A stretch of 64,000 nucleotides of DNA from Tubiluchus corallicola (taxonomy: Eukaryota > Animalia > Priapulida): positions 124,001 through 188,000 of the forward strand of contig JAQGDQ010000300.1 of the NCBI GenBank assembly GCA_030141605.1, in the 5' to 3' direction. Below the pieces are notes generated by a model. That model was not told where the DNA came from. It ran no database searches and saw only the letters and a program-made list of their open reading frames with translations. The translations under genes were made by a program, and so were the position numbers. Below are positions 1 through 13,302 of this stretch, piece by piece (the first letter of the stretch is position 1; every line of letters starts with the position of its first letter).

Positions 1-292
1 GAAAATTCGATACTTTTAGCCTCAAATACAATGAGCATCATACAAAACAGCAACCCTGGCCGATAGTTAGCCATGGAAAAACATGGCTGCGTTCTGCCTT
101 CCCCGAAAAAACGATGTTATAATAATTAATGCGTTTTACGTTTTAAATTTAAAAAATACGCTTTTATTGCTGCATCAAGTAAGTACATGAAAACATACAA
201 AAAAATTATAAAATTCTCAGCTGGGTGCGTGATAAAAAAATTACCCGGGCAATTAGACGGAAACAGAAGTATTTTTATTGTCGGCCTAAGAT
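1..292. repeat. Interspersed repeat family A, copy 1 (probable transposon remnant, cut by the window edge)
   Basis: Aligns by eye to the reverse complement of 6865-7158. Shared blocks include TTTTAGCCTC, AGCATCATACAAAAC, GAAAAACATGGCTGC, AAAAAATACGCTTTTA, GCTGGGTG and TTTATTGTC. Confidence 0.75.
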
Positions 293-968
293 ACCTCCAG
301 CTAGTGTAGCATCTGTTCAAAGAGGAATGCCGAGGAAAAGGATTTTAAAGCATCTCCCAAAGAACTTTTCATACATAATTAAATTTAACATTTTTTTATT
401 TATTTAATCGAAAAGCAAAATTCCCAGTGTGCACCACTGATTCATCAAAAACAATTTACTGACCTTATTGATAATACTAACTAATTTGTACTTTTGCATG
501 GCTAGCGAAATGTAATTACGAATGTTATCTAAACTTGTTTTCAAATGACTTACAGTTAAAATGGCTGCGCCTAACGGTCATCACAGGAGTTTAAATTTAC
601 AATTTTATAAAGCGTTACTGCTAACACAAGCCCTTTATGGAACAAGACAGTATGTAAGTGGCACAAAATTTCACGACAAATTTTTAAGCTTTATTTATGA
701 ACAATGTTTTCTTGTGCTTTAAGTTTGAAAAAACTGAACTGTATATAAGAACACTATTAATAGAAATTAATAGCAAATAGAATGCAAAATGTACAGGTGA
801 TAAATGTTCAACAAGCAGTGATATAAACATGTTTCGGCTATCTGTGCAAACTCAGGTAAAACTAGAGTGGATCGAACTTTCAAAAAGCAATTCTTTTAGT
901 CAGTAGCAAAAGTGTTCTAGCTGTTATAATGCAACTCAATTAAGGTCAGGAAATGAAAGTGATGCTAC

Positions 969-3900
969 CTTGAACAACTCGAACAGCATGTGATACAAAT
1001 GAGATGGCATGTAACAACATTCAATCTTCTTTCCGTAAGCTTTAGCTGCAAAAAAAATCAACAATAATTTTATGGAAGACACGAGGAACGGCACTTATAT
1101 TTAACTCTTTCAGGACATAAGCATTTGCTGCATTTTGCAGGGGTTCGTGAAAAACTGCTCTCACTAAGCAGTGATTACATTATATTTAATCATTTTTGTA
1201 GGTTTATATTCCTCATACAATGGATTTTCATGCAAAATTATATATGAAATACATTTGTTTACCTTTGGCGAATTCAAAATCGATTTTTAACAAATAAATT
1301 GAAAAAAAGCCTTCATTAACTGCAGTGTTTTCACTGTAACAATGTACAGAATCACTTGTGTGAAAACGGCTAATTCAAAAATTTCAACTATCCAGACACA
1401 ACCCTGATACACTTTCGTCTCAAGAGTACTCTATTTTAAGGAGAAATTCCTGTTAAAAGATGAAACGACCTTAATTTGTCATTGGCTGATTGGTTGGTTT
1501 TTCCTAGAATAGCAGGAGAACACTGCACAGCTTGAGCTATAGCAAGTAGGTGAACAACAAATTAGTGTGCATGATCATGCGAGTGTACGCCAGACTAAAC
1601 TACGCAATAGGCTAAGTTGGAGTGCCTGAAAAGGGTGTGTTTTTCTTAATTTTATCCAATTAAATCATTTATAAATATCTAAACAAATACCATGATTGGA
1701 TAGCAGACATTCTCCTGAACAGCCTAGTACCTAATTTGTAAGCATTTAGTTATGTCTGTGCTCAAACAGTAGCAGAAAAGTCACAAGTCTTATAAGACCT
1801 ATTTTGAATGGTGTGGTCCTGAAAGAGTGGACATCATACCTTACTGGATGGGTAACTCACACCTTAGTTTCTGACAATCACTCTAAACATTACGAAATAA
1901 GTACAGGAACAGACTGCAAACTTAAACAGATATTGCCTCAGTACAACGAAGACAAAATTAATTAAAATTAGTCAAAATTAAACAAAGTTAGTCAAAATTA
2001 GTTAATTAATTATTCAGCTAAGTAATATGTTGGCCACAAGTAATTTCATTGTACTGGTATTCAGGAAGTGCCATCGATTTCATAAGCTAGTAGCAAAAAA
2101 AACTTAGACAAAGGGAACTGGTTTTTACCTACCATTATGTGCCTCCACCTGAAGTTCTGGTGAAGCCAAGTAATACTGGTCGCACAAAAATCTTGCATTG
2201 TCAAAAGCATCTAAAAATTTCAAAAAAATGAATAAGTGCAAATTCTTGATGCTTGTGTTTTACTAAGAAATCTCACAGAAAGTTTCCATGCTTCATAACA
2301 TAACAACATATGTGTTGTTGTGATCACAAAGTCAGTTTTTGCGGAGGAGTTAGTTTATCGATTTTACATACACAGCAAGAGTTAACCAATCTCCTCGGCA
2401 TATTAAAGAGAGCAAGTTACGTATTGGTTTTTCTCAAACATGAATACTTATCATCAAATGCTCCATTACAAAAATCTCAATCGAAACTTACCACATACGA
2501 CTGCCATGACATCACAATTTGGATCAATAGCTCCCACATTTCGCTGGAGTGCGCCAGTCTCTTTTCTAAACAGCAAAGCTACAAACAAAACACAATGATG
2601 ACAAAAGTTACCAACAGTAATACCTAAAGCTTTACATTTCCATAATAGATGGGTTCAAATTTAAATTTCTAAATCTAAATTTCCAAAAAGCACCAGCATT
2701 TTAATTTTGCTTGAGAAAAGAAAAACGATCTGTCTGATTGTTAAAGGGAGACGTCATGCTTGTAGCAATAATCAGCGGTGACTAACAACTAATTAACTGA
2801 AGAATGGGGAGCTGAACATGGAATTGAACCCAGAATCACCTGGATTTCGCGGCAGCTCTGCCATTTGAGCTACCAAATCAACATGGAAAAGCAAATCTGA
2901 GATCTCACCCCAGTTGCAGACAATTAATCAAAGCCATACAAGTGCTGCTAGTGATATATTACTATGTGTGTGCTTGCAAACCAAAAGTCAGCATAGTTAA
3001 AACTACGTTATGATGCTTCAAAGTAGAATATACCAAAAATTTGATCGAACGTCAATTTTGGATAAAAATAAATCCTCAAGTCAATGTATTGGACTTTTAT
3101 ATTCTAGCATCAAATCATCAGGAAAATGTTAAACAAATACTAAAAGTCTTATTTTATAATACCTAAAAACTAGTACTGCAATTGTAAAAAATTTGTATTT
3201 TCAAACTTCGATAGTAGCTCATTGAAGTGGTCATTTTGCTTCGGTTTTTTTCTGCTGCCAAGCCCAGATCTTCGTCAGGAAAAGCCATCTACTGGATTTA
3301 AACATAACTTTAATGTGTTCTTGTAAAGTCCATAGCAACCAACATTTATACGGTTGCTAAGTGTTTTGTAGAAATGCGACAAAATACAATGGCTAACTTT
3401 AACAGAGATTTTCTCAAAATTATGTTTTTCAGTGAGTAGCCTGCATCTCAATTTCAACGTGGATTATCTCAGCTTAGAAATAAGACAGAACGATGAGCTT
3501 GGTATCAAAATGATCCTCATGAAATGGAGATTCAGGATATGTGAATAACTAGAAAAACTTAATTGCAAACTTGTGGACAATTTTGCTATGCAAGCACACA
3601 CATATTGAATACACTCAATAGTAGAAGTTGTGATTCATAAGCTTTTTTATGCAATGCAAAAATTATTTCAGGAAAAAAATGCATGATCGACTGAGTATCA
3701 TACAAAAACCAAACAATTAATGCAACCTACTATGTTGGTTGATCAACATTCGAATTCCAATGCGACTCATAAAGAATCTATCAAGGAAGTACTGAATACT
3801 GTTTTCGGTTGTGTGATCAATGCCGTGCATATCACGCAGCTCTATAACTCCCTAAAAAGTTAAATAACGAGCACATAATTAATTCACTTTAGTTATCTTA

Positions 3901-6900
3901 AACTATTATTTAACAATAGCAGTTTGTACCAGTAACAGATTAGTTATTGTTAAAAATACCCTTACTTATAAGCTTAGCAAACGAAAAACATGCCATGCCT
4001 AGATGAAACAGTAGCAGCTTAAAATTATGCAAACTGCACGTGTAAAAATTTAAAAGTGACCGCCTACATGTGCACCCACTGTTAGTGCAAAACGAAAACA
4101 CTGACCACTTTAAATTACTACTCTTAAGTAGTTACTGTGCAAAATTGTGATTTTATACCAGAATCCCCATAAGTTTTTTTCAAAGAAATATGGAGCACCT
4201 TTTAGAAGCTTAAATAGACAACCTTTTGCATACATGGTAACATCAAGTGTACTGTAATTTTACCCTCTATAATATGATAATTCTATATTTTCATGTGACG
4301 TATACAACAGCGTTTTACAGCCCAACTTCGTAATAATGCCACATCTAGGACCCACTAAATTTGGCAATATAGCGAGGCTGGCAATAAAGTGAACTTCATC
4401 AAATATCTAACTAATTTAAAGCGAAACATTTAATTAAAATAAGTAATGTATGTCAGTTATGTTATACTTAGTGTCTAGATGGATTTTAATTTATTGTGGT
4501 GCCAAACAATAAGTGCAAAAAGACCGAACATTTAATTATATTCATGTGTAACAGCTCTGTCATATTTAGATGAATTTTTGTTTTATACCTAGATGGACCT
4601 CCACGAAAAACTAAGAGAATCTGATAATTTGTAGGAGATAATTAACCCTTTCATACCCATTGTATCCCGTGGGATAAAAGAATATTTTCTGCTTTTAAAA
4701 TTAATAAAATTTTAAAACTGACAGTTATTTGATCTGTTAATAGTTATTTTGATTTAAGCCAATAACAATAGACTAAAAATGGTGATAAAATGGCAAACTA
4801 GAAAATCTACATAGCACAAAAAACTGCTCAAGGTACAGTACTTTAGAGAGGACTTTGTACAGATCAGCATAGCGTGCATACTAAATGTCTTAAATACTTT
4901 AAAAAATTATCAGCAGTTACAGAATGAAGCACATTTTTTGCTTTTGTTGTGTTTTTTGCATATGACAAAGAATGTTGTGTAAATTCCCACAGGATACATT
5001 GGGAACAAAAGTATCAAGCCAAAAAAATTTTTCTTATTAAAAAAATAATTTGGGACTGAAAGGGTTAACAACAAATACATCACACTACTAATATAAGTGC
5101 CCGGATTTTGCTTAAGTTAGAAAGCTGCAGGCAAACTCAGCTCACTGTGCTGTCCACAACACACTGTCTTGCTTTACAATGAAAAGTTGTCAAATTACTG
5201 TTGGCAATTTATAACCAAAGTTCGTAAAATGAACACCTGTTATTTGGCCATTCCTACTCTAACAATAAAGTTTAAATACCTACTAAATTAATGTTTTGCA
5301 ATGTAATAGCTGTTTGTTATGTAGCAAATCATTGTGCAGCTAGAACTACATTGAGTTTGATTTACAATGTAATTTTAAAATAGATTTTTGACCAGTTGTC
5401 GAACATGCCAACATAAAGCAAAAGAAGGGCATAAGCGAGGTTAGTGCTATTTCGCATACCATACATATAATACATTACAGAATTAGCTAAAGACGCAAAT
5501 TGACAAAGCTGATTATATTATAACGGTGTGCATATCGCAGTTTCGCCATAGTTTCCATTAAAAATTTCCAACATGAAAAAGTTCTCAAATTACTTTTATA
5601 ACTTCACATGTACTAGCAAGTTTTGTTCATTTCATGATAGGAATCACACTTTTTGAAAAATATTTTTGATACTAAAAAAAGTAAGTCACATTCGGAATAA
5701 CTGCAGCAGGTACCACAACTAACTCTGCCCATTGTAATACTTTCAGCAATAAAGCGTAATCACTGATATCACTTGTCATATATCAGGTATTACAGGTACA
5801 ATAGCTGTCAAGTTTGTTGAGTAAAACAATCTCAAATTGCTTAGGTCTGTAACTTCTGAAATAACCTGCAAAAATGATTGGCAGTAAACTTTGATGGGGC
5901 ACATCTACGGAAAAATGATTTAGTTCCAGAAAGCTTCTCAATATGATAAAATTGTCCCAATTCTTTGTCTTATTCATTCACTTAATTGCTGTTAGTTTTA
6001 AAAACACATGTAATTAGAGGCAACATTCTTTACAATCTACATACAACACTAACTTCTCGAGTAAGTACTCTTGAGTTTTGTAATGAAAATGTCTACTATA
6101 AAGATACAGATGTCTCACCTGAACTGTCGTTAATTAATTACTTACCTGAGCCATTGTTTCCACAACGTTAATGTGACGATTTCGCACGTGGGTCAGCGTG
6201 TCACAAAAACTACAAAGAAACACAGTCTTACCAAATAAACAATCGTTAAAACCTACCCGAACACAAGATATGCTGTAAGCTTGGCAGGTTTATTAAAATA
6301 TACTTCAAAAACAAACCACAGTTGAATAAAATAAAATTACCTTTGCAGATCGTCGTCTGTTGGCTTTTCAGTAAGTTCGTCATACTTTACGATTTCAGAG
6401 AAGCTTTGATTATACCTGAAACCATTTGAATGCATTTTAATGGCATGAATATGACACATGAATTATTACATAATAAACCACATTGTTTGGCTAAGGCTGG
6501 ACAGCATCGCAAAAATGGTTGTCGTTTACAACACAGAGGGTAGGATGCACATACACATCCAAATGTAGCTGTGGCACTCCTGCTGGTTCAGTGTCTCAGC
6601 TTAGAGCGATATCCTTGGCAAGGAGCCAGACTCTAGTCACGTCACAAACATAATTTTATGTAGGCCCTGCGTTTGAGTGATTTCCAGCGTGCCGTGTGTC
6701 GAGACATATAAAAAAAGAAAAAAGAAAAACCGGGCGAAAAATTTATTGCAATATTACCAATACCACTATTGTTTGGGCTGTGTAAACAAACAATAGTTCT
6801 TGTTTGTAAAATGCACTGTAGATCAAAGTTAGGGCTGTAGCAATACACGCAGATCACAATATTAACCTCAGGCTGACAATAAACATACTAGTGTTTTCAA

Positions 6901-9900
6901 GTAATCGGCCGTGTAATACTTTTTTTACCTCACACCCAGCCAAGAATTTCATATTTTTTGTATGTTTATACACTTGCCTAACGCATTCATGTAAAAGCGT
7001 ATTTTTTTATTTAAAACATAAAAACATAATTATTACAATGTTGTTGTTTTGGTAAGTATGCAGCCATGTTTTTCTACAGCTAACTCTTGGTCCAACAGCG
7101 CTGCCGTTTTGTATGATGCTGATTATCATATTGGAGGCTAAAATGTAACATATTTCCTGCCAAATTAGCGTATTAACAGCCAAGCCATGTTGCCGCTTAT
7201 ACCATAATTATCAGAACATGCATTCATATCACACAAAAAAACATTACATGATGACTGTTATACGAGGTTTCAGTAATGCCAAAGAAAAAAGTAAAAAACC
7301 AAGTGTGAAAAAAATGTGTATCGAATAAATTTAAAACATTACTGCTAACCAGTGGCAAATAACAAACTGATTTCAGCCGATTTTAAGTATTTTACAATCT
7401 CACTTTAAACATGCACAAAGCATTGAAAAATTTATTTGAAAAAATGTTTCCTCCCTCCCTAGTGACATCTTTTGAGCTCATGAGGCAAGACACAAACATT
7501 TTTTGTGGCGGGCCTCACGATACACCTCAGTTAATGCAGGCCTTACAAAAGAACTTGGTGAATCTGTTGATAATAAATGCTAAACATGCTAAACAAACAG
7601 TAGTTTTAGGATCGCTAAATGCTAAAATAACTCGATTAACTGTATGATTTTTATTTTTTACTTGTTTAGTGCGTAGGCTATTGTTTGGATCATAAGTCAC
7701 AATTAAAGCAAGGCATATCAATAATTTATATTCAAAACTTGCTTGTGCATTTTTTGTTTCACATTTGCCATTTCACAAGTTTACGTGCAAACAACATAAT
7801 TAGCCCACTACAAGTTAAACACTTTGCCTCTTCAACTGCTCTGGCTGCTAGCAATGCCTGTCTTGAGTCAACTCCTGCTCATTGCACTGATTGAGAGGTA
7901 TCTACAGTCAACTCCACAGCTGCAGCTTGAATTACTTCAAATCATTTTAGCGGCATACGGTTAAGCAGGTGCTAATTTGCTTAATATCACTGACTCAAAT
8001 CCTCACAATACGAGTGCACTTAGGCGATATGCACATCGTTTCAAGAGATATCACAACGCATCGATACACTGATGTATCATTATAGACCTAATCAAGAACT
8101 AAAAGCATTCAAAGTATTTCTACGAAAATCATGGAGTTACATCAAAAATGTTTTTCACGTAATTTATCCATCTTCATGACATGTTCTGCATGAAGTGCCA
8201 AAATAAATAGGATAAATAAAGGCTATTAGTTATAGATGGAGGAATCATCGTGTCAAAAATCTAATCATGCTTTTGCAAAAAATTCTTTTCAAAGAAAAAT
8301 GACAGTTATATTTTAAACATGCTTAAATAATTTCACAATGCATTTTTAGCCAAACAAAAGAGTAAAAAGAACATTGAAAGAACAGTACTGATTGTATATA
8401 AGCAGACAATGTTTTGTACAACTCTGAATTATGCAATCTAGAACTATTACAATTTTATGAAAAGTCTCACCATGCCTTCACCAGCTGTACTGATGGCATC
8501 TGTAATAAATTTTCAGGTAACAAATGAATTTCCTGCATGATATTAGCTAGTCGAACTGGCAACTCTTTCCGCAGAAAAAGATAAGAATGCTTTTCAAATG
8601 CAACTTTCCCTACAAAAAATGATAAATCACGACTGAACAATAATGCAGGTATATAATTCCTAATTTGTAGGAAAACAGGGCTCCAAATATATGTGCTAAT
8701 GTTCACAAAAATTACGTTTCACCTGTTCCAGTTGTAATGGTATCTAATATTCACTGTTTTGGGGGTTAGACTGCCTAAAATATCATAAACTTCCCAGCAT
8801 GTAATACAATTGAATATAATACTGTCCATTCTATGTTAAAAATGCTTTACTAAATACGTAACTTTCTTGTTTCTTTTAACCACTTCACTGCCTGTATGTC
8901 AAGAATCTCCCACCACGAAAATGCTATTCTAACTGGCCTGTATGACGAGACTATACCGTTATGCTTAATATGCAAATTAATTGATGCCTATGCCAGGAAC
9001 AATAATACTTACACACGCCATGTGCACTTGAAGAATCAAGCTACAGGGAACAAAAGAAAGGGGTGTCCTCTGTTGTCTGATAAAGGTAATATACAAGCTA
9101 CAACGTAAGGCCAAAAAATTGCAAAACTTGCAAAAAAGATTGCTGTTAATGCTGAATGCTATCAGCTGCCTACGTTGTGACTGGTGTTCTGTGTAGTTTT
9201 TTATGCTTTTTATTGATTTTTGTCTATTCAAAATGGCTCAGAAAAGGTACAGTGTAGAACAACCTTTCCAGATTTGTCGTCGACTCATCAGATGACGGTA
9301 GGTAAAGCCAAGCCAGTCTATGAACGTGATTAGATATGGCTGGTTCAATGTATGGTTGATAAACTATGTACATGCAAGTTAAAAATTATAGCTATAGGCC
9401 TATCATTGCCTTTATTTTTCATACACTAGAATGGCTATTGCGTCAAATAGCAAAGTTTGAAATTTGAATACGAGCCGTTGTACTTTCATATTTTACAAAA
9501 AAAGTTGTAATTTGTTATATCAGCAGCAGCACTGGCCGTTGTTGGGGGGGGGGGGGGGATTTAGTGACACAGAAGCTATGATGGCAGTAAAAGCAATAGT
9601 AACAATTGTAGTGGCAGAAGTGGATGTGATGTATGTTTTTAAATAAATGACAGAGACATCTGTACTCTGCCTGAACAATTGTTATTTAATCAGACAGCAA
9701 AATTATGAATACACTAATAAATCGAATGCTCACAAGCAAAACAGCCTGCAGCTGAAATTATGAATCTTCTGAAATAAAAATTATGAAATTATGTATTCTT
9801 CTATAATTAGCTATTTCATCAAGAGATAAAATTAATTAACTATACTGCTGTTATTGATTTCTGCTTTCTCAAAATTTAAAAAAATTATGTACGTACTAAA

Positions 9901-10260
9901 AAAAAATCAAACATTTTTCTTGTGTAACCAACTCAAACATATACCAAAGTCCATGAAAAGTTGTTTTGATGTAAGCACAATTACATACTAATTATGATAT
10001 TAATGCAAGATAAAAAATTTAAGACTACAAAGTTATACAAAAACAATCTTAATGAAAAGTGAAAACTACACGTTGAACCCACACTTACAGAAGAAAAATG
10101 AGCGAACCATGTGAGAGCATATGAAAGCCAATTTAGTTAAAAACTTACCAAAATCTATAAACTGCTTGATAGAAAGTGGCGAAGGACTATACTGGGAGTA
10201 GAAGTCAATAGTCTTGACTTGTCGAGATAGTTCAGCTAACAATCTACACGTGACTTTCAT
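969..10260 (-). CDS. PDK: Mitochondrial pyruvate dehydrogenase kinase, 5' part (251 codons in window; remainder lies beyond the left edge)
   Basis: Eight GT-AG exons with consistent phases: 10149-10260, 8471-8609, 6341-6415, 6146-6209, 3731-3851, 2492-2578, 2133-2210, 969-1045. Spliced translation shows PDK hallmarks: [113 protein letters not shown]. Confidence 0.96.
1105..1827. mobile_element. Probable degenerate piggyBac-like MITE
   Basis: 12-bp inverted termini CTCTTTCAGGAC (1105-1116) and GTCCTGAAAGAG (1816-1827). TTAA precedes the left end; the right flank is TGGA, so the TSD is imperfect. Confidence 0.45.
2806..2875 (-). mobile_element. tRNA-derived SINE head or tRNA-like pseudogene
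   Basis: Minus strand has Pol III A-box TAGCTCAAATGG (2861-2872) and B-box GGTTCAATTCC (2820-2830). No convincing cloverleaf. Similar degenerate B-box remnants occur near 14130, 19360 and 34475. Confidence 0.5.
2963..3604. mobile_element. MITE family B, copy 1 (TA-flanked, Tc1/mariner-type target)
   Basis: Perfect inverted ends TATGTGTGTGCTTGCA (2963-2978) and TGCAAGCACACACATA (3589-3604). The internal sequence matches the reverse complement of about 10551-11186. Confidence 0.8.
4646..5064. mobile_element. piggyBac-type MITE (419 bp)
   Basis: TTAA on both sides (4642-4645, 5065-5068). Terminal repeats CCCTTTCATACCCA and TGGGACTGAAAGGG. Subterminal inverted pair CCCATTGTATCCCGTGGGA and TCCCACAGGATACATTGGG placed asymmetrically. 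Confidence 0.85.
6865..7158. repeat. Interspersed repeat family A, copy 2 (inverted relative to 1-292)
   Basis: The reverse complement aligns with 1-292. One end abuts TTAA (ATTAACCTCAGG). Confidence 0.75.
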
Positions 10261-10550
10261 TGTGTATCGTATGGTAAAAACACAAGGTTAGAACACAATA
10301 GGTATTACATCAGGAATTAACTGCCATCTGAAGAATAGTCATTACGCAGATCATATGAAGCACTCACTGCATAGCCAAGTACATTGTCACTTGTCATGCA
10401 ATTTCTTTGGTTTCAGTGCTCAGTTGGCAATATACATACAGTGAAAACAACCCTGAAACAAAAACAGCAATTAATAAAGTACGTAATAATCATTTTAAAT
10501 CAAGAACCACACAAGTACAAGTACACTGAATTGACACCACAAATTATACA

Positions 10551-11186
10551 TGTGCTTGCATAGCAACATCGTCCATAAGTCGGCTATTAAGCTTTTCTAG
10601 TTATTCATATACCCTGAATCTCCATTTCATGAGGATCATTGTGATACCAAGCTCATTGCTCTATGTCATTTTTACGCTAAGATAACCCACATCAAAAATG
10701 AGTTGCAGGCTATGCACTGAAAAACACAATCTTGAGAAAATCGCTGTTAAAGCCAGCCATTGTTTTTCTTCGTGTCTCTACAAAACACTTAGCAACCATA
10801 CGAACATGTGGTTGCTATGAACTCTCCAAAAGCACATTGAAGTTACGTTTAAATACAGCAGATGGGGCCCTTCCTGACAAGGATCTGGGCTTGTCAATAA
10901 AAAAAACCCGAAGCAAAATGACTTTTTCCACGAGCTACTATCAGATTTTGAAAATACGAGTTTTTTTACAATTGCATGACTAGCTTCTAGCCAGAAAAGT
11001 GGGTACGAAGTGAAAAATTAGATTTTTGGTGTTTTTAGGATATTTTCTTGATACTTAGCATTGTTTTTATAAAAAAACAAAAAAATCAAAATTTGACCAA
11101 ATTTTTGATGCATTCTACTTTGAAGCAGCATAACGTAGTTTTAAAAATGCGGACTCATGGACGGTTTTGGTTTGCAAGCACACATA
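10551..11186. mobile_element. MITE family B, copy 2 (inverted relative to 2963-3604)
   Basis: Starts TGTGCTTGCATAGCAA and ends TTTTGGTTTGCAAGCACACATA. Shares long blocks with copy 1, for example CCTGAATCTCCATTTCATGAGGATCATT. The short ORFs at 3275-3457 and 10732-10983 are homologous for this reason. Confidence 0.8.
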
Positions 11187-12916
11187 CAATTTTTGGACGA
11201 AAGGCTGAAAACAATGGGCTACCAATGAAATCTAGAATAGGCACTGTAATATAGGTGTGTAAATTACTATAGGAGAGGCTTTTCAGGGTTTAGAGTTTGT
11301 TGTCACACAGGGTGAGTAAGAGACTTCAGCTTTTCTTCTTTCATTTATATTCGTATTTAAAGCGAAAATAGAGGAAACTAACTCCATTAAAATCTCATAT
11401 TAAGGTTAAAATTTAACATTAGAAAGTTATCTCATGTATACTGTCCACACCAAACTTCCCACAGCAGATTTTTCACCTGTTTTTACTTAACACAGCACAA
11501 ACAAATATTAAAATTTAACAAGGGGATCTTAGAGTTGTCAACAATCAATTGACAATAAGCCTAATCGAAAGGGAGACAAAATTTCCAATTTGTAAGTGCT
11601 TACAAGATTGAAGCTTGTGATTTTTACTATAAGCGTACATTTTTCGTATAACTATAAGTTCGACCCGCACAGTTAACCGAAATATACTGCAGAGACGATA
11701 AACCTCCTCAAGTTAAAAAGGAAACATATATAATAACGTACAAGTAAGAGTTCGGAGATACCAACGCAAACCAAACATTGTCACAAAACGATCATTATTT
11801 GGCAACACTGTAACATCCGATACTTATAACCTTCGCAACAGGTCATAACTAAAAATAATCAAAATACCAAACTGAACCAAAAAACAAACAAAACACGTGA
11901 CATCTTAAAAGCTTAACGTTGAAATACCGGAAAACATCGTTGAATTGTGGTACTACGGACACGAGCAGCTGAGGGCAGCACAAGCAAAAGATTTCTTACG
12001 ACTACACTCGCATGTAGTCCGCTCTCAGGTGCAGGGGTAACATAACGTTATGCCAGGGTGGCAAAAACAACGAGTACTTGCACGGAACTACAAATATGAT
12101 GCTACTATATAACATGATAATTGTTAATCACATACGTCTCTCATTTGCCACTATTAGCACCACTTAGTTACCCAGATAAATAGTAGAGCTTTATAATAGG
12201 GGTGATCGTTAGGTCACACCATTATGACATTTCGCCACTCCGTCTCAACACAATTATAGTGAATTGTAATGCGTAGACATTGTATATGTATATGAAATGG
12301 GACAAAGAAACTAAATACAGCTTTAAAAATCTAATTTAATCTGAAAAGAACAATTTATTGCGTCAAAGTATTGCACGAGAATCTATCATCCCCAGAAATT
12401 TCAGTATGCAATTTTGTGTGGTTAGCCCAGCCTGCAATGTTGAGGGGTACGATTGGATCAGATTAAACTGAATGGCCACCCCGCTTAATAGTGATGGCAT
12501 GATAGATCCTCTATTGCCTCAGCAATACATTAGTGCATTAAACTGGGCTGTACTGTTACTCCTTGTTTTGTAACCACCCTAGCAAAAAGTTAATATTACA
12601 TTCTGCATCAACAATAGGAATTATTAACCTTTTGCCACAGGGATACAGGAGTAATAGGATAGAAAAATTTATTGCATCAATGTGTTTCTGAATCAACAGA
12701 GAATCGCTCCTGCATTTAATACTGAATGTGGAAACCACCTGGCAACATTGAGGGGTTTAATTGGAGATTTGGAGAGATCAGATCAAACTCATGATCTTCC
12801 AACACATTTCGGAGACGTTGAGCAAGCTTGTAATTTGAATGCAAAGCAAAAGTACGTCCGTGCATAATTTCAGCCTAAACTCTACATGTACGTTTCAGCT
12901 CCAATCGTGTGTTCAG

Positions 12917-13302
12917 TAGGGTTGAGCATCGAACGTTCGAGTTCGAGCGTTCGAATTTGATTCCAACGAGTTTTTTAGGTCAAATTCGATTCGAACCTAA
13001 AACTATAGATTCGAATAGTTAGCACTTTAATCACATACGTTCTTTATCATTAAAACGATTTAAACATAATTTAGCTATGATTTCTGTGCACAATTTTAAA
13101 CAAATTATTAGTGGCTTTACTGCAGAACAAAATCGAGTAACATGCATCATCTTTGTAAGACTCATTTTACTGGTGGTTCGAAAATTTGTTCGGAAATCTT
13201 TCAATCTCAATTCGAATTCGAAATACTGAAGTTCAGTTCGATTTGAGTTCGAAAATTAGATTCGATTCGAATTTGATTTCTAGTTCAGAATGCTCATCCC
13301 TG
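12917..13302. mobile_element. hAT-type MITE (386 bp)
   Basis: Terminal inverted repeats TAGGGTTGAGCAT and ATGCTCATCCCTG. Exact 8-bp TSD GTGTTCAG (12909-12916, 13303-13310). Dense subterminal TTCGA motifs at both ends. Confidence 0.88.

Noticed and set aside
2806-2875. Functional tRNA gene
   Set aside because: A and B boxes are present, but the acceptor and anticodon stems do not pair, so it is treated as SINE-like.
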